This document shows, one piece after another, positions 1-12,938 of a DNA stretch of 42,382 nt (positions are counted from its first letter, which is position 1; every line of letters begins with the position of its first letter). The translations under genes were made by a program, and so were the position numbers. This stretch comes from Nemertoderma westbladi. Its lineage: Eukaryota; Animalia; Xenacoelomorpha. The stretch is from positions 1 through 42,382 of the forward strand of contig JAUCBJ010005406.1 of assembly GCA_032718475.1 (NCBI GenBank), read 5' to 3'. The notes beneath the pieces were generated by a model. It saw only the letters and a list, made by a program, of their open reading frames with translations, was not told the DNA's origin and searched no databases.

Positions 1-295
1 AGCAAGTATAGTTAGTAAACAAGTACCGCTTGGTATTAAACAGCCAATGACATTATGTTGATTTACAAAATAGACTTCGCGCGCTAACTCTTACCTGCGA
101 CTTACCTATCTTACTTAACTCTTACCGATCTTATTCGACAATTTTACACCCCCCCCCCCCCCCCCCCCCTTTCCATCCACTACATCACATTAGATGCTAA
201 AACCCTCCAAGAAAAGGAATCCCCAATTAAGTAGCAACAGAAAACCGTTAAATGACAAAAAAATAGTTATATTACAAGCAAAGGCAAAGCAAAAA

Positions 296-420
296 TATTG
301 ACTTTAGTTTATTGTTTTGGTAAAATTGAAGTTCCTCTAATAATCTGCTCCTTTCCCTAAATTGATAATTTAATAATAGAGACGATTATTAATTACGATA
401 ATTAATTCGCCTAGATTGGA
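296..420 (+). mobile_element. ~120-bp MITE-like dispersed repeat, copy 1
   Basis: TATTGACT..GTTTATTGTTTTGG..TTTCCCTAAATTGATAATTTAA, shared with copies at ~3311, ~4767 and ~19869. Confidence 0.6.
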
Positions 421-989
421 TTACTTTACTTATATCCTTTCTCATCAGTTTAGACAAACATCAACAAATAATTCTAAGAAACTCTTATATAATAGTTATA
501 ATGCTGATATTAAATATGCATCAGATTACCAAAGGCATTTATTTACATCATATAAAGCTGATGGTATTGTGAGTTGTGGTAGGTAGACTCTACGGCCTCT
601 GTAGCTTTTTTAAATTTATTTAATTATATATTCCATAAAATGAGATTATTGATAGAGGTTGGCTTTGCTGTAATTAATAGTAGATTGATTTTCCCCCGCA
701 TATCATATCTGTTTGTATAATATATATATATATCGTATCTGTCGTATAATTAATAATACAATATAACTAAACTTACGCGAATCGAACTTTACCTTATATA
801 TTATACCTGTTGTTCGATTCTTTTATCAGGTAAATAATAACAAAATACAATAATATGTTGGATATCCCAAAGGGAAATCCCGTTCCCTATATATATTTGA
901 ACCCAAAACACGAATGTAGTGTAGTGTCTAGAAGTTAACCTAGAACAATCCTTTGTCACAGGTGTTTAACCTATAACCTTGAGCTGTGA

Positions 990-1290
990 TCCAGTGATGC
1001 GGAAATGCTGGATGTTCCCTGGTAATCTATGGGAAACGGGCGTTATACAATATGGCCACTAAAAGTAAAACTACATGCCAACATATTAAATGCCTTCAAG
1101 ACGCGATTAAATACAAATATTTTTAAACAAGAATATTTAATCTATAACTCAACACGAGAACGTTTTTTTAACTCATTTCCTTTTCTGTGTTGTTTTTAAT
1201 TTATATTTTTATCTCATTGAATTTTTATTTGTTTTATTTTTTAAAGCGCTTTGACATTATATTCTGAAAGGCGCTATACATTTATTATTA
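990..1290 (+). mobile_element. 3' end remnant of an L2/CR1-group LINE, presumably in a PKC intron
   Basis: Reads NAFKTRLNTNIFKQEY, resembling L2 ORF2 C-termini. Followed by AAAGCGCTTT...AAAGGCGCTATACA and a (TTA)n tail, the typical L2-type 3' stem-loop and tail. 5' boundary approximate. Confidence 0.6.
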
Positions 1291-2170
1291 ACCTCTGTCA
1301 GTTATTGTCACTTACAAATACTGATTTACCAATAGAATATTACTATACAAGCGGACTTTGTGGACTTGGAAGAATGGAAGACTAGCAGGGGGACCTCATT
1401 CCACTGTCCAATGTCCGAGTTCGACCTGGTCATTTCTCCATATCGAGTGTTGTATCATATACCATATCAATATAGTATCAGTACCGGTACATTGTACGCA
1501 GTACATGGTACACGGTAGATGGTACGTACCTGTACATTCATTTTCTTTATGCATCTTCTGATTGCGCCTGGAAGCATTGTCGTGTTGCCCATTTATCCTC
1601 GTTTGTGTGTCTGAGCCGAGCATCACCCTACGGCTATACTCCCACGCCATGTTGTTTAGTCTCATTCGACGTAATCCCACCCGCTACCTGTCGAGAATTA
1701 GAATGACGCTAAATCTTCCGAAACTTTATCCTCAGTGCGTGTACTGGTGCTGTTGCTGTTAACCATTGGTATTCTATGAATCAGAGAAAGGGAAGAGCAT
1801 TGAATTCAGATCCGTCATTATCGTAGATCCCATAGTTCCTTTCACTTCCTGTAATTCAATGACAGATGGCGACGCTTCCAGACATACTCCCCTTCATCTC
1901 ATTTCATTATAATCATTTGCATGGGTGGAATTTATGCTTCTTACATCAATGTCTGTCAGTCGAATCTTTAAAAGTGTAATATCTAGTGTAATATGTAGAA
2001 TCCCTTTGGATTTTACGAACAGTAAATCATAATATAAATTAATAATAATTTACTTTTTGTTACAGTAAGTCAATTAATTACTAATTTTACCAGTTTTATT
2101 TTTACAAGGTTTTACTGTTTTATATAAACAATCTATTTCAAGAAACCAGCATTTATCAATATTTCTATAA

Positions 2171-3193
<1,023 letters not shown>

Positions 3194-3310
3194 TAGTTAT
3201 CACTTATGACTTGGAAGTTAATAATTATTAGTTATTATTTTATATATAATGCAGATTTTTATTTCAATGAACAATGAACAATATCTCCAATGAACAGTTA
3301 ATTGTTATAC

Positions 3311-3437
3311 TATGTCGTTTATTGTTTTGGTTAGAATTAAGCCCGGAATCAGCATTTATATATCATTAATTATCAATTAAGGGAAATATAAACCGGTTAC
3401 AGAGGGATGTTGTTCTAAACAAAACAATAGAGTCAAT
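3311..3437 (-). mobile_element. MITE-like repeat, copy 2 (inverted or composite)
   Basis: The right part (AATTATCAATTAAGGGAAA...AAACAAAACAATAGAGTCAAT) is the reverse complement of the family consensus. The left part has TTTATTGTTTTGGTT in forward orientation. Confidence 0.55.
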
Positions 3438-4766
3438 GGCGCAGGTTATAGTTTGATTTTTGATCAGGATAAATTGCTAAATTTGATGTTTCATGATCAA
3501 TAAATTCATAATAATTCAATAATTTCTTCGATTCAGCCAAAAAAATGTATTTGTATCATTAGAAAAACGGAAAAAGGCCCTTGAGGTTTCTCGATCAAAC
3601 GTTACAAATATTTATTTATCCCAATATCTCGCTGAATCAAACTTATTTCTCATAAGTTAATTACCGGTTCATGGGATATCAAACTCAGTTTTTAAAAATA
3701 AATATTAATTAATTTATACAGTCCATCCCGTCCAAACAGGGTCGAATAAAGTAAAAATAAAAGGCATCGATACTAAACCAATCCGCATTGCGAATCGGGA
3801 AGCCTGTAAGGATACCATTCGCACTGTCCGAGCTCGTTCCACCTAGTAGTATCAATATTTGATTAAATCGATCAATTCATTAAATAATGGAAATGAATAT
3901 GCAATAATTTACGTCTTATATAGGCGATGATCGGAAAATAGGATAAGTGGCAGATTACATAACTCATTACTCACTTGCTCCTGCTCCATGTCCCAAGGCT
4001 CCTAATTTATTTTGCTTGTAAAAAATTGACATTCGATAGGTTGGTTGGCTCGGTGTGCGTAGTCAGGTTTCGTTTAGCCCTGGCGTGACTTGACGGATAA
4101 TATGGGGGGGGGGGGGGGGGGGGGGGGTTATGTCAACGAAGTGTGGTTTATGTCCAGTGGGGGAGGGATGGGGGGGGGGGGGGTTCGTTATCCTTCACCC
4201 ACCTAAACGGCTAAGCTAACTGTACCTAATTAGTTTCAACTTTATTGGAACCGTCTATTTGTCTATTTCTACAAATCGCCTGTGTCAAGGTTAACAAGAT
4301 TCTCTGGATCTGGGTAGGATATCTCTAACGCAAAATATAAAACTAATCAATTCCTTGTGTGCCTAGGAGCAGGATTAATATGTTTTGTCGACCCAGACAT
4401 GTTGTTGTGAAGCTAAAGCTCTAGATTAACTATCTAGATTACCAGATTGCTCAATCTCAGGGCGCAGTGTGAGTTCCCGTTTCATTTCTAGGCCTCCGGA
4501 GTGATCAATAAGATATTACTCGCTCATCCTTTGTAATCCGTTGTTAAATCAAAAAGTTTACGCTGCGTAATTCAGCCGTGACATTATGTCAGAATTATTC
4601 TTATTTAGTGATTAATCTCATATCGATGATTGGTCAAAAATACCAGTTCCTTTGTTGTTGATTATTACTAATAAATAGCCGATTAGTCTATTATATTCTT
4701 GGGGAAAAGGTGGGGGGGGGGGGGGGGTATTTCTTTTCCACCAAACTAAACTAATCATCCCATATC

Positions 4767-4889
4767 TATTGACTTACGTTTATTGTTTTGGTTACAATAA
4801 CGTGCCACTATAACCTGCTCGTTTCCCTTAATTGATAATTTAACATTGATACGAGTTATTAATACGCCGAGATGGGATTTGCGTCAATA
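4767..4889 (+). mobile_element. MITE-like repeat, copy 3 (best preserved, 123 bp)
   Basis: Bounded by inverted TATTGAC...GTCAATA. The interior closely matches copy 4 (AATAACGTGCCACT, TTTCCCT, ATTGATAATTTAACATTGA). Confidence 0.65.
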
Positions 4890-5226
4890 AGTTAATAAGT
4901 TGTCAATAAGTTAAATAAAAACTTTAAATCTCAAGGAAGGTCCGTCAAAGACACAATCAAATACCGGTACTTTGTATATTTATTTAATTATAATATTCAA
5001 CATTTCTTGCTTCTATTAGATAACGCATTTGGTTCACTAAGTAACTTTCCTATTAAATCGTATTTATTTGTGCGGGAAGCCATATTATTCCAACTCGAGA
5101 ATTTAATTTCCTCTGAAACACATTGATTAGCTTGCTAAGTATACAGGGAGCAATATAGATAACTCGATAATTCAGTTATACGTCACAGTAGAAGGTCGTT
5201 AACCTAATATTATTTACGCGTTTCAG

Positions 5227-5702
5227 AGAATAAATTATACGGTAAATCCGTCGATTGGTGGGCCTTTGGGGTGCTTCTCTTCGAGATGTTGGCCGGACAA
5301 CCGCCGTTTGATGGCGAAGATGAAGACGAATTGTTCCAGAACATAGTTGAATCCAACGTCTCCTACCCCAAGTCCATGTCTAAAGAAGCTACGAGTTTGT
5401 GTAAGGGCTTCATGACGCGGAGCCCAGATAAGCGGCTGGGTTCGGGGTTCTCAGGGGAACGCGATATAAAGGAACACATGTTCTACCGTAGAATCGATTG
5501 GGAAAAATTAGAGAACAGGGAAATACAACCCCCGTTTAAACCCAAAATAAAGAATAAACGAGATACAAGTAATTTTGATAAAGAGTTTACTAAGGAAAGC
5601 ACCGATCTGACTCCGACAGATAAACTCTTCATTATGAATCTCGATCAAGCGGACTTCGAAGGGTTTTCTTATACAAATCCTGAGTTTATTATTAATGTCT
5701 AA
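5227..5702 (+). CDS. PKC: Conventional PKC, terminal exon: kinase C-lobe and AGC C-terminal tail
   Basis: Acceptor tttcag ends at 5226. The phase-1 join gives [32 protein letters not shown]. Turn motif LTPTD, hydrophobic motif FEGFSY, stop TAA at 5700-5702. Confidence 0.96.
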
Positions 5703-7789
5703 ATCATTTAGGTGTAATCTATTGTATTTTTTTTATTTTGCTTTATCTTTGGAATTTTAATAAATAAACTAATTAATCATTTTTTAATTAATGATTAATT
5801 AATTAACTCTTTAATCATTAAATTTCATGTTTATTAATTAATTTTTAATTAGTTAAATTATATAATTCTAGATAACTTATTTATTAATTCGATGATGGAT
5901 TAGTTATTATCCTTTCAATTTAGGATTAATTAATTAATCCTTAATATTGAATTGATTATTTATTGAATATATATTTAACTTTATTTATTAATAAATATTT
6001 CATTAATTTATTAATAAATATTTAATTAATTTATCATCTCATTAATCAATAACGTTTTTTAAATATTTAACTAATTAATCTTTAATTAAATAATGATTAT
6101 TGCCATATATATATAGCGCACATTTTTATAAATTTTTCTCCCAAAATATCGTCCCTTTGTGATGGAAACCGAACCGGTCGAGGGAACAACTTGTTTATTC
6201 TAAATCTAATTGAAGCCAAATATTATGGATTTAAATTAAATTGTTTCGCAGCTGGACTCGAAATCAATACTGGCATATGACATGTTTTGGCTGTTTTGAG
6301 TGGCATCGACAATAAATATGAATGTAAATACATCTGCGACTAACTGTATTCCAATCAGCCACGCCCTAATATCAGCTTTATCTTAATATAGTCATTAGCA
6401 TTGCAAAATTTGGTAGAACAATTTACATTTTTAATTTCTTTTCAACATAATTTACTTTCAATTTACTTTTCCAAAAATACTCCATTTTGTGTTTAAAGTT
6501 ATCTTTTCCTTCAGTTCTTGTGCGTTTATTTCTTGTGGATTTGGAGTTTTTTTTTTTTTTTTGAACTCCGATAAGTTTTCCTGCCCTTCCCAACACCAAT
6601 ATGGATTTCATTTTTTACGGTTAACATTATTTTCACTTTATTTCTATTCACAAATGCGTACTTATCTTGCTTGTAATTTATTTTACACCCATTAGCTGAG
6701 CGTTCTTGCAGGCGTTCTAGAACAACTTAGTAATTCTAGAATACTTTGCCTTCAACTAAACTAGAGTAAACAAAAGCCAGGTATATAGCATACAGTACGT
6801 GGACTATTAATTGTTAGCAGCAATACATTCCGAAACACAGCGTTTTTTTTTATAAAACAGCGCATGAAATATAGTTAATGCAAATTAGGTGTACTTCATC
6901 ACTGCATGAGTGCATGAATATAACATGTAGACTGTTATTTTCACTAAAAATATCCGAGCATAATGCAAGTCAAATAGCTATTATATACAACTTAACATCT
7001 GTGTAACAACAAAGCAAAATGACACGTTTAAATATATTTGGTTTGGGGTCCAATGTAAGTAAAAGAACCCTCTTTATTAATAATAATTCGGCCAATATCG
7101 CATGATAATTACGCTGTATGTGTTCGTAAAGTCTAAAGAGATACTTTATTTTACAGTAATTTATGATAAATTCTGGTAGTCTGGTGTCCATTAATTAGGA
7201 ATAAGTTTTGTCTTTTCGTTTATTAGTTTCAATTTTGCTTATTATAAGAAAGAATTGTTGTGTTCTAATTTCCATTCGTATTTCTCAAGGCGATGCAGAT
7301 TCAATGTAATATGAACGCTATTTTTGTTTATTTACTTACTTTATACTAGAATTGCCTCTTATATTTACTTCCCCAGAGATGGCGTTAGACCTGCAGCTCG
7401 ATAGGTCTTCAGTTCGAATCCGACTGCCTTCCAAATGTTTTTTTTACATCTACAGCTGCAGCCTCTTATGTTACCTTGACTTGCAATCAATCAAGCATAC
7501 AATATTGTCTATGAATATATTTTATCGGCCGCATATTCGCCATCTCTTCGCCATTATCTCGAATATTGGATCTATGCCAAATTATATTTCATAGCGTTTT
7601 TGAGTAAATTTTCCTCAATTTCTCTTATTGTTTCCGGCTAATCGATTGGTAATGTCGATTGTGGTCATCCATGAAAATTATTTACATATTATTTTTTTTG
7701 ATGTCGCTTTCACTCTACAAAGTCAAAATATACAAATAGATTTAAATAAATAATATCATCGTAATAATAATAATTTTATATATTATTAT

Positions 7790-8269
7790 AATAATATGTT
7801 TTATTATAAGTAGCGAAGCGCGCTTCTCCTATCCCAAGTTTTGCTCCCAGAAATTCAACTGGTCCTCATTTTATCGACACCATGGGATGAAAGGGTTCCA
7901 CCTTGGTGTAGTGGTTGCATTGAATTCACATCTCCTGTAGCCTGTAGGTCGTGGGTTCGATCCTCACATGGGCCAGGGCAGTTTTCGTTTCGGCACGAAT
8001 GCTTTAAAGGGACCAGCCAGGGCGCATCTCTGCCTTGCATCCTTAAGTGGTAGCTAAATGAGTACTAAAGTTTCCTCTGGGGAGTAAAGTTCTGGGGGGA
8101 CCGCACTGGAAATAAGTTGTCAGACTTTGTGCGTAATCCCTGGCCTAGCGGCCGAAGAAAATTTACTTTACTTTACTTTTAAAGGCTGAGTTGAATGGAC
8201 CCTGGCTGGGCTCGAACCTACATCCAATAGACTAAAGTCCCGGCGCTCAACCAACTGAGGTACCCCGCC
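7790..8269 (-). mobile_element. tRNA-derived SINE family A, split by SINE B
   Basis: Minus-strand head GGCGGGGTACCTCAGTTGGTTGAGCG...GGTTCGAGCCC with A/B-box-like motifs. The body reads through once 7895-8180 and one AAAGG copy are removed (ACTCAGCCTTTCATCCCATGGTGTCGATAAAATGAGGACCAG). AT-rich tail near 7790. Confidence 0.7.
7895..8180 (+). mobile_element. tRNA-derived SINE family B, copy 1
   Basis: A box TGGTGTAGTGG, B box GGTTCGATCC, (TTTAC)n tail. AAAGG direct repeat at 7890-7894 and 8181-8185. Second copy at ~16679. Confidence 0.82.
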
Positions 8270-11220
8270 GTTACCTACTATATTAGTAATATTGTATTAA
8301 TATATTTCTTATGTGTTTCAATGTATCATTTTTGTCTTTTGACTTTGCAGAGTGAACACAGCCTAAAAGCTCCGTAATAAGAAATGACTTTTATTAGTTT
8401 TTATAACACAAGGAAGTACATTTTACAAAGGGATACTTTCTCATATTGATTTGTGCCAAATGTAATATATATAGTGTATTTAAGTTCGTAAAACTGTGAT
8501 TTGTAAAGGCCTGCGACTGTTTCCCAAAATGTATAACGCAATTGGGCCAACCAAAAAGCACGCATTTTTTAGCCAAAAAAAAATAGTACAGCTACATTAG
8601 TTGTTCTTTCTGGCACCTTTGTTTTTTTTAAGGAATATATATAGTCTTATTTAATTTAAATTTTATTGCATTTTGAAAGAATATATTGACACATTAGTGC
8701 TAATTATTTATTCATTGACTTTGGGTAGCCATAATTAATTAGAACTATCTTATAAATTGTACTTAATGGTGGAAAATTGGTATTTAATAATGGTTTAAAT
8801 TCTACTAGGTGACATTTTAGTTAATTTATTATCACCAACATCTGTGTTTGTTTACGCCTTTTGTGCTTCGTTGCTGCATTTATGTTTCCATAGATACGCT
8901 GTATAATCATGTAATAATTGTGTTCTTTTGGTTTCATTATAATTAGCAATCTAATAATTAATCAGCATTATATTCAACAACAAAGCCTATTCAATGCTAC
9001 CCGTTATGCCTTATGTGGGCAAGGGGTGTGGGGGGGGGGGGGGGGGGGTGAGACCGGCAGTTCTCTAGTCTCCAGTCTCCATAGTCTCCCACTAGAGGGC
9101 GGCTCGGCAACGGTTAAAATCAAAATGGCAACGGTAGAAAGGGCAATGGTAAGCTTGCTTACTCCCCCCTACGCGAAGGCTATAAGTTTGTAACCGCTTG
9201 AATAATATTTGTATTCAAGTCACATGAAATTGGTTTTATCTAGTACGCTGCCTCATTCTACCCATTGTAATAATGTGATATCAAAAGCGGTGTGATAGAA
9301 CGCTTTCCTATCATGAGGTGCATTGTGGGGGCTTAAAGTGTTCGCAGTTAGGTACGCACAGGTAGTTTGGGGGGGGGGGTAAATTTACAAAATTTTTATC
9401 AGATTTAAGTCCCCAGGTGTTATTCCATTACGCACCGTACACATCTGATACTGCAAGTGATATTGAGTGCTCGGATTTAAGTATTATCTTACCTCGATCC
9501 GTCTTTAATGGGAAATACACATTACCATGTTGTAGTAGCATTTTGTTGGCGTGATAGTGTTTCTTATAACAGGTTGGTTTAGTAGCAGTTTAAATATGGA
9601 GGTAATAATAGGGCATACTGTTATAACGTGCCTAATGATAGCACCTTGCATTACTGTGTTCTAAAAACTTATCGTTTTCTTATTTGACAAATAATAATTT
9701 TATAAGATTTACATTGATGAGAAACATCTTATGTCATCAGATTTAATATTATCATTGGAATTAAAATTGAGTGTCAACGTGTACTTGGGGCGGCTATGTT
9801 TTGGATTCCCCATATCTGTAAAAGCCATGATTAAAAACCAGAACAAGGAACCCATAGCAAATGCGATGAGGGATTTCGGGTTTATCAGATGGGACGCTTG
9901 TGCCCTCGTCAAGGGTGGATTGGTAGTCAGTCAAACAATTGATTATCCGGCCGCCCAATAAATTGATTGCGAGCTCTTGCCTTACTACAGTACTGTTCTA
10001 CACGGGTGATTAATCTCGAGAGAACGCCTGAATTAACAACAGCACACACAAAACAATGAGAATCAATATTCCTGGAGAAAAATGTCCATGCTGTTGTGAG
10101 AGAGATGTTGCAAATTGTGATTAGTGATTCAAAGCAAACTGCGATGTTTTAATAGTTTATAGGTCTGATGTGATGCTGTACTGTTCAAATGTTCTAATAG
10201 AACGACACGCCGTCTTAAGGGGATTTCGGTACATTGTTAAGAAAGATAGGTTCACTGCTAGGGAACTCCCCTTGTTTCTAAAATGGTATATATTCTCCCA
10301 AAGGAGAATATATACCAATTTAAAAACAAGGTGAGTCCCCAGCAGTGAACCTATCTTTCTTAACAATAATGCTGTACTGAAACCGGCTTTGCTGGAGTAT
10401 TTAAGGACAATTTTCACTTACAAAACTTTTACAATATAAAGGTTATATAAAAATTTCCGAAACTGATACTGGCCACTACACCATAGGCGGAGGCTCATTC
10501 TATTTATACTCATATTGCCTCATATTTTATATATTATATTATCATTTATATACAAATTGCTGCTAAAGATGCATTCAGACTGGAGCAGCAGGTGAGCAGA
10601 TTGCTTCCATCAGAATGTCGTTGCCGATGAAATTTGGAAATCGTCTGCCGCAATTAATCTCTCTCACCTTAAGTAAAAGGCAATCAAGTATAAAGTGGGG
10701 TATCTCCAGCTGGTCGCTTGTGTGGCTGGAAGGCTCTCTTTGAGAAACTTCTAGTGTTCTTCCTCATCACTTTGTTATATGCATTGTGTGTCTCCCACTG
10801 AGCTCAAATACATCCTCAGAGGCGATACAGGGACTACTACAGTACTACTACTATAATTGGCCTGCTGCATTGAAATTGCACATTGAGATGCTATGCCGGC
10901 ATAACAAAAACATTTTTGTCACCAACATGTATTCCACAATTGCCAAGTCCAATGCAGCGTGTATTACGAACGAATGCTATGCCGGCATATCAACAAAGTT
11001 GCACCGCCACAACTCCCTATCCTCATGCCTTTCGCGAGATTATCCACATTTTCAAGGCATGTGTCCTTTAGGAGGCGTCTTATTCTTATTTTCTTCATGG
11101 GATAGGGACACTGTGGCGTTATCTGGAGTAGAAACTGTTACAATATCAATTAAGACAGAGTAAACCCTCTTGTGTTGATGGCGGTGGCTACCTACTGAGG
11201 TAATTAGGATCCATTTTTGA

Positions 11221-11860
11221 ATTGAATTGAATTGATAATGTTTATTTATTAATTAAGCAATGATAAAATATATAAATTAAAATTAAGTAAAAAATAATAG
11301 TTACAAGAAATGTATTCTACAGAGTTAAACAGCGATAATGTGGCAAATGGTGGCCGGCTGTACATACGTACCATGACTCGCGCCTGTGGGGCGAGTCATG
11401 GTAGCGGGCGGTGCTGTTGTGGATGTCCATTAATGTGATGGAGCACTATTCGTTAGTTTGACCATATATGGGATTGTTGAGTTTCTATATCTTTCGGTTT
11501 TAGCTATAGGTAATGTAATATTATTGTCATTTCTGAGTTCCATTTGGATTCTACTTTCAGATCGCAATTGAGGTAGTAAATATCTATGGTGTAGATAAAT
11601 GGTTTTTGCACAATTTAAACAGAGTTTTTCGCGTCTTTCCTTCAATGTAGGCGACCCCCCGGAATGTAAAGCATGTTCATAACTATCGTAATAATTAACA
11701 CCTAAGATGATTCGCATTGTTCTGGGGCGTCTGAGAGTTGCTTGGTGATACTAGAATGCAAATCGGCGGCGCAATATTCTAGAACTGTCCGAATATGAGA
11801 GATGTATATGGATACCATGTCTTTCCGCGATGCTTTGAAATTTTTAAATATAATATATTT
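11221..11860 (-). mobile_element. 5'-truncated non-LTR retrotransposon (CR1/L2/Crack-like): ORF2 C-terminus, 3' UTR and tail
   Basis: Frameshifted peptides DMVSIYISHIRTVLEYCA and RIILG..SYEHAL..PTLKERREKLC..PIAKTERYRNSTIPY are typical post-RT LINE motifs. 13-bp-stem hairpin at 11369-11403, then AATAAA and a (TTCAA)n tail ending at ~11221. Confidence 0.85.
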
Positions 11861-12938
11861 AAAAATCTTCAAGATCTTGGGGTGCACTTCCTAACTCACA
11901 ATCCTGTGGTTGATAGCAGAAACCTGTATTAAATATGCTACCATCTGTACCTGGATCTAGTGATGCTCGTAAATCATGTTCTCCATCTTCGCCAATCTCA
12001 CCTACAGCACGCACAACCCCAAGGTCTAAATATTGTAATCCACCCCATTGATCTATATCTTGAAAACCTCCCAATAAATCATCGTCCCGAAATCGACAGA
12101 ATTGCAAATCCACGTCGTGGAATGCATCTGATATCCCAGCATCAACTTCAGTATCCTGCTGTACTTCAAACTGTATTTCCTGGGCTTCTCCCAAGATTAT
12201 ATCCTGAAGCCCACTCCACAAGTTGACATCATGTGGGCCAAGAACATTATCACTGTCGCTGGAGATATCTAGGACACATAACATAGGATCCAGATCTGTT
12301 GTGATCTCTTCATCCTGTGCAGCCACAGAAAGTCTTTCTGTGGCTGCATTGACGAAATTACCGTTTGGGGGTCTATATGCAGTGCTACAGTATGTATGAT
12401 CTGACAGAAGCGCTACAGAATCTTTAGAGCACCCAGCTTTACTTTTCTTCTTTTCGTGTTGTTTGGCGTTGTAGCAGTAGGAGTCCACTCTACATTTCCT
12501 CAGCCTCTTTGGGTAAGTCTTTCTTGACGACATCGCGGATGTGAAATGAAAATGCCTAAATGCAGTATAGTAGTATCTGCAGTATGGCGATTCTGCATAC
12601 AGCACACCATGCACGTAACACTACTTTAAATACCCCTCGTTGTTTTTGAAAGGCTTTTTCTCCTATGAATAATACTATTGGATTGGTTGTTAGGAGTGGA
12701 TACTATGTAATGTCTATGGTAGATGGGAGTTAGGGCATTATGAAAAAATATTGGCTGCCATTCGAACAGTGTAAATTGCGGAGTTAGGGCGTTATGCAAA
12801 GCTTAATATCTCGAGAATGGCTAATGCTATGGCTTTGAAAGTGCGATTTTCTGAAAGCACGTATGCGAATTACTTAGAATCGTCGATTTTCTCAAAACAT
12901 GATTTTGTGAGTTAGGGCCTTATGTTTTAATAGGGACG
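11859..12938 (-). mobile_element. Probable 5' end of a decayed DNA transposon (Sola1-like?) with a basic-then-acidic ORF
   Basis: ORF 11859-12614 (likely start MSSRKTY) contains DHTY and an acidic region. Three GAGTTAGGGC subterminal repeats (~12727, ~12782, ~12909). Terminus TAGGGACG is followed by ATAT (AWWT). No catalytic domain is visible. Confidence 0.35.

Noticed and set aside
1358-1762. Short Cys-rich ORFs as candidate PKC C1-domain exons
   Set aside because: No HxF..CxxC C1 pattern or pseudosubstrate sequence in the translated ORFs; the C1 exons probably lie upstream of the window.
6146-6160. ATAT-CGTCCCT as the partner TIR of the terminus at 12938
   Set aside because: Only 7 bp match, and the GAGTTAGGGC subterminal repeats are missing.
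8195-8269. Possible tRNA gene on the minus strand
   Set aside because: The acceptor and anticodon stems pair poorly and the sequence continues into a SINE body, so it is treated as a SINE head. The same applies to 7895-7970 and 16679-16745.
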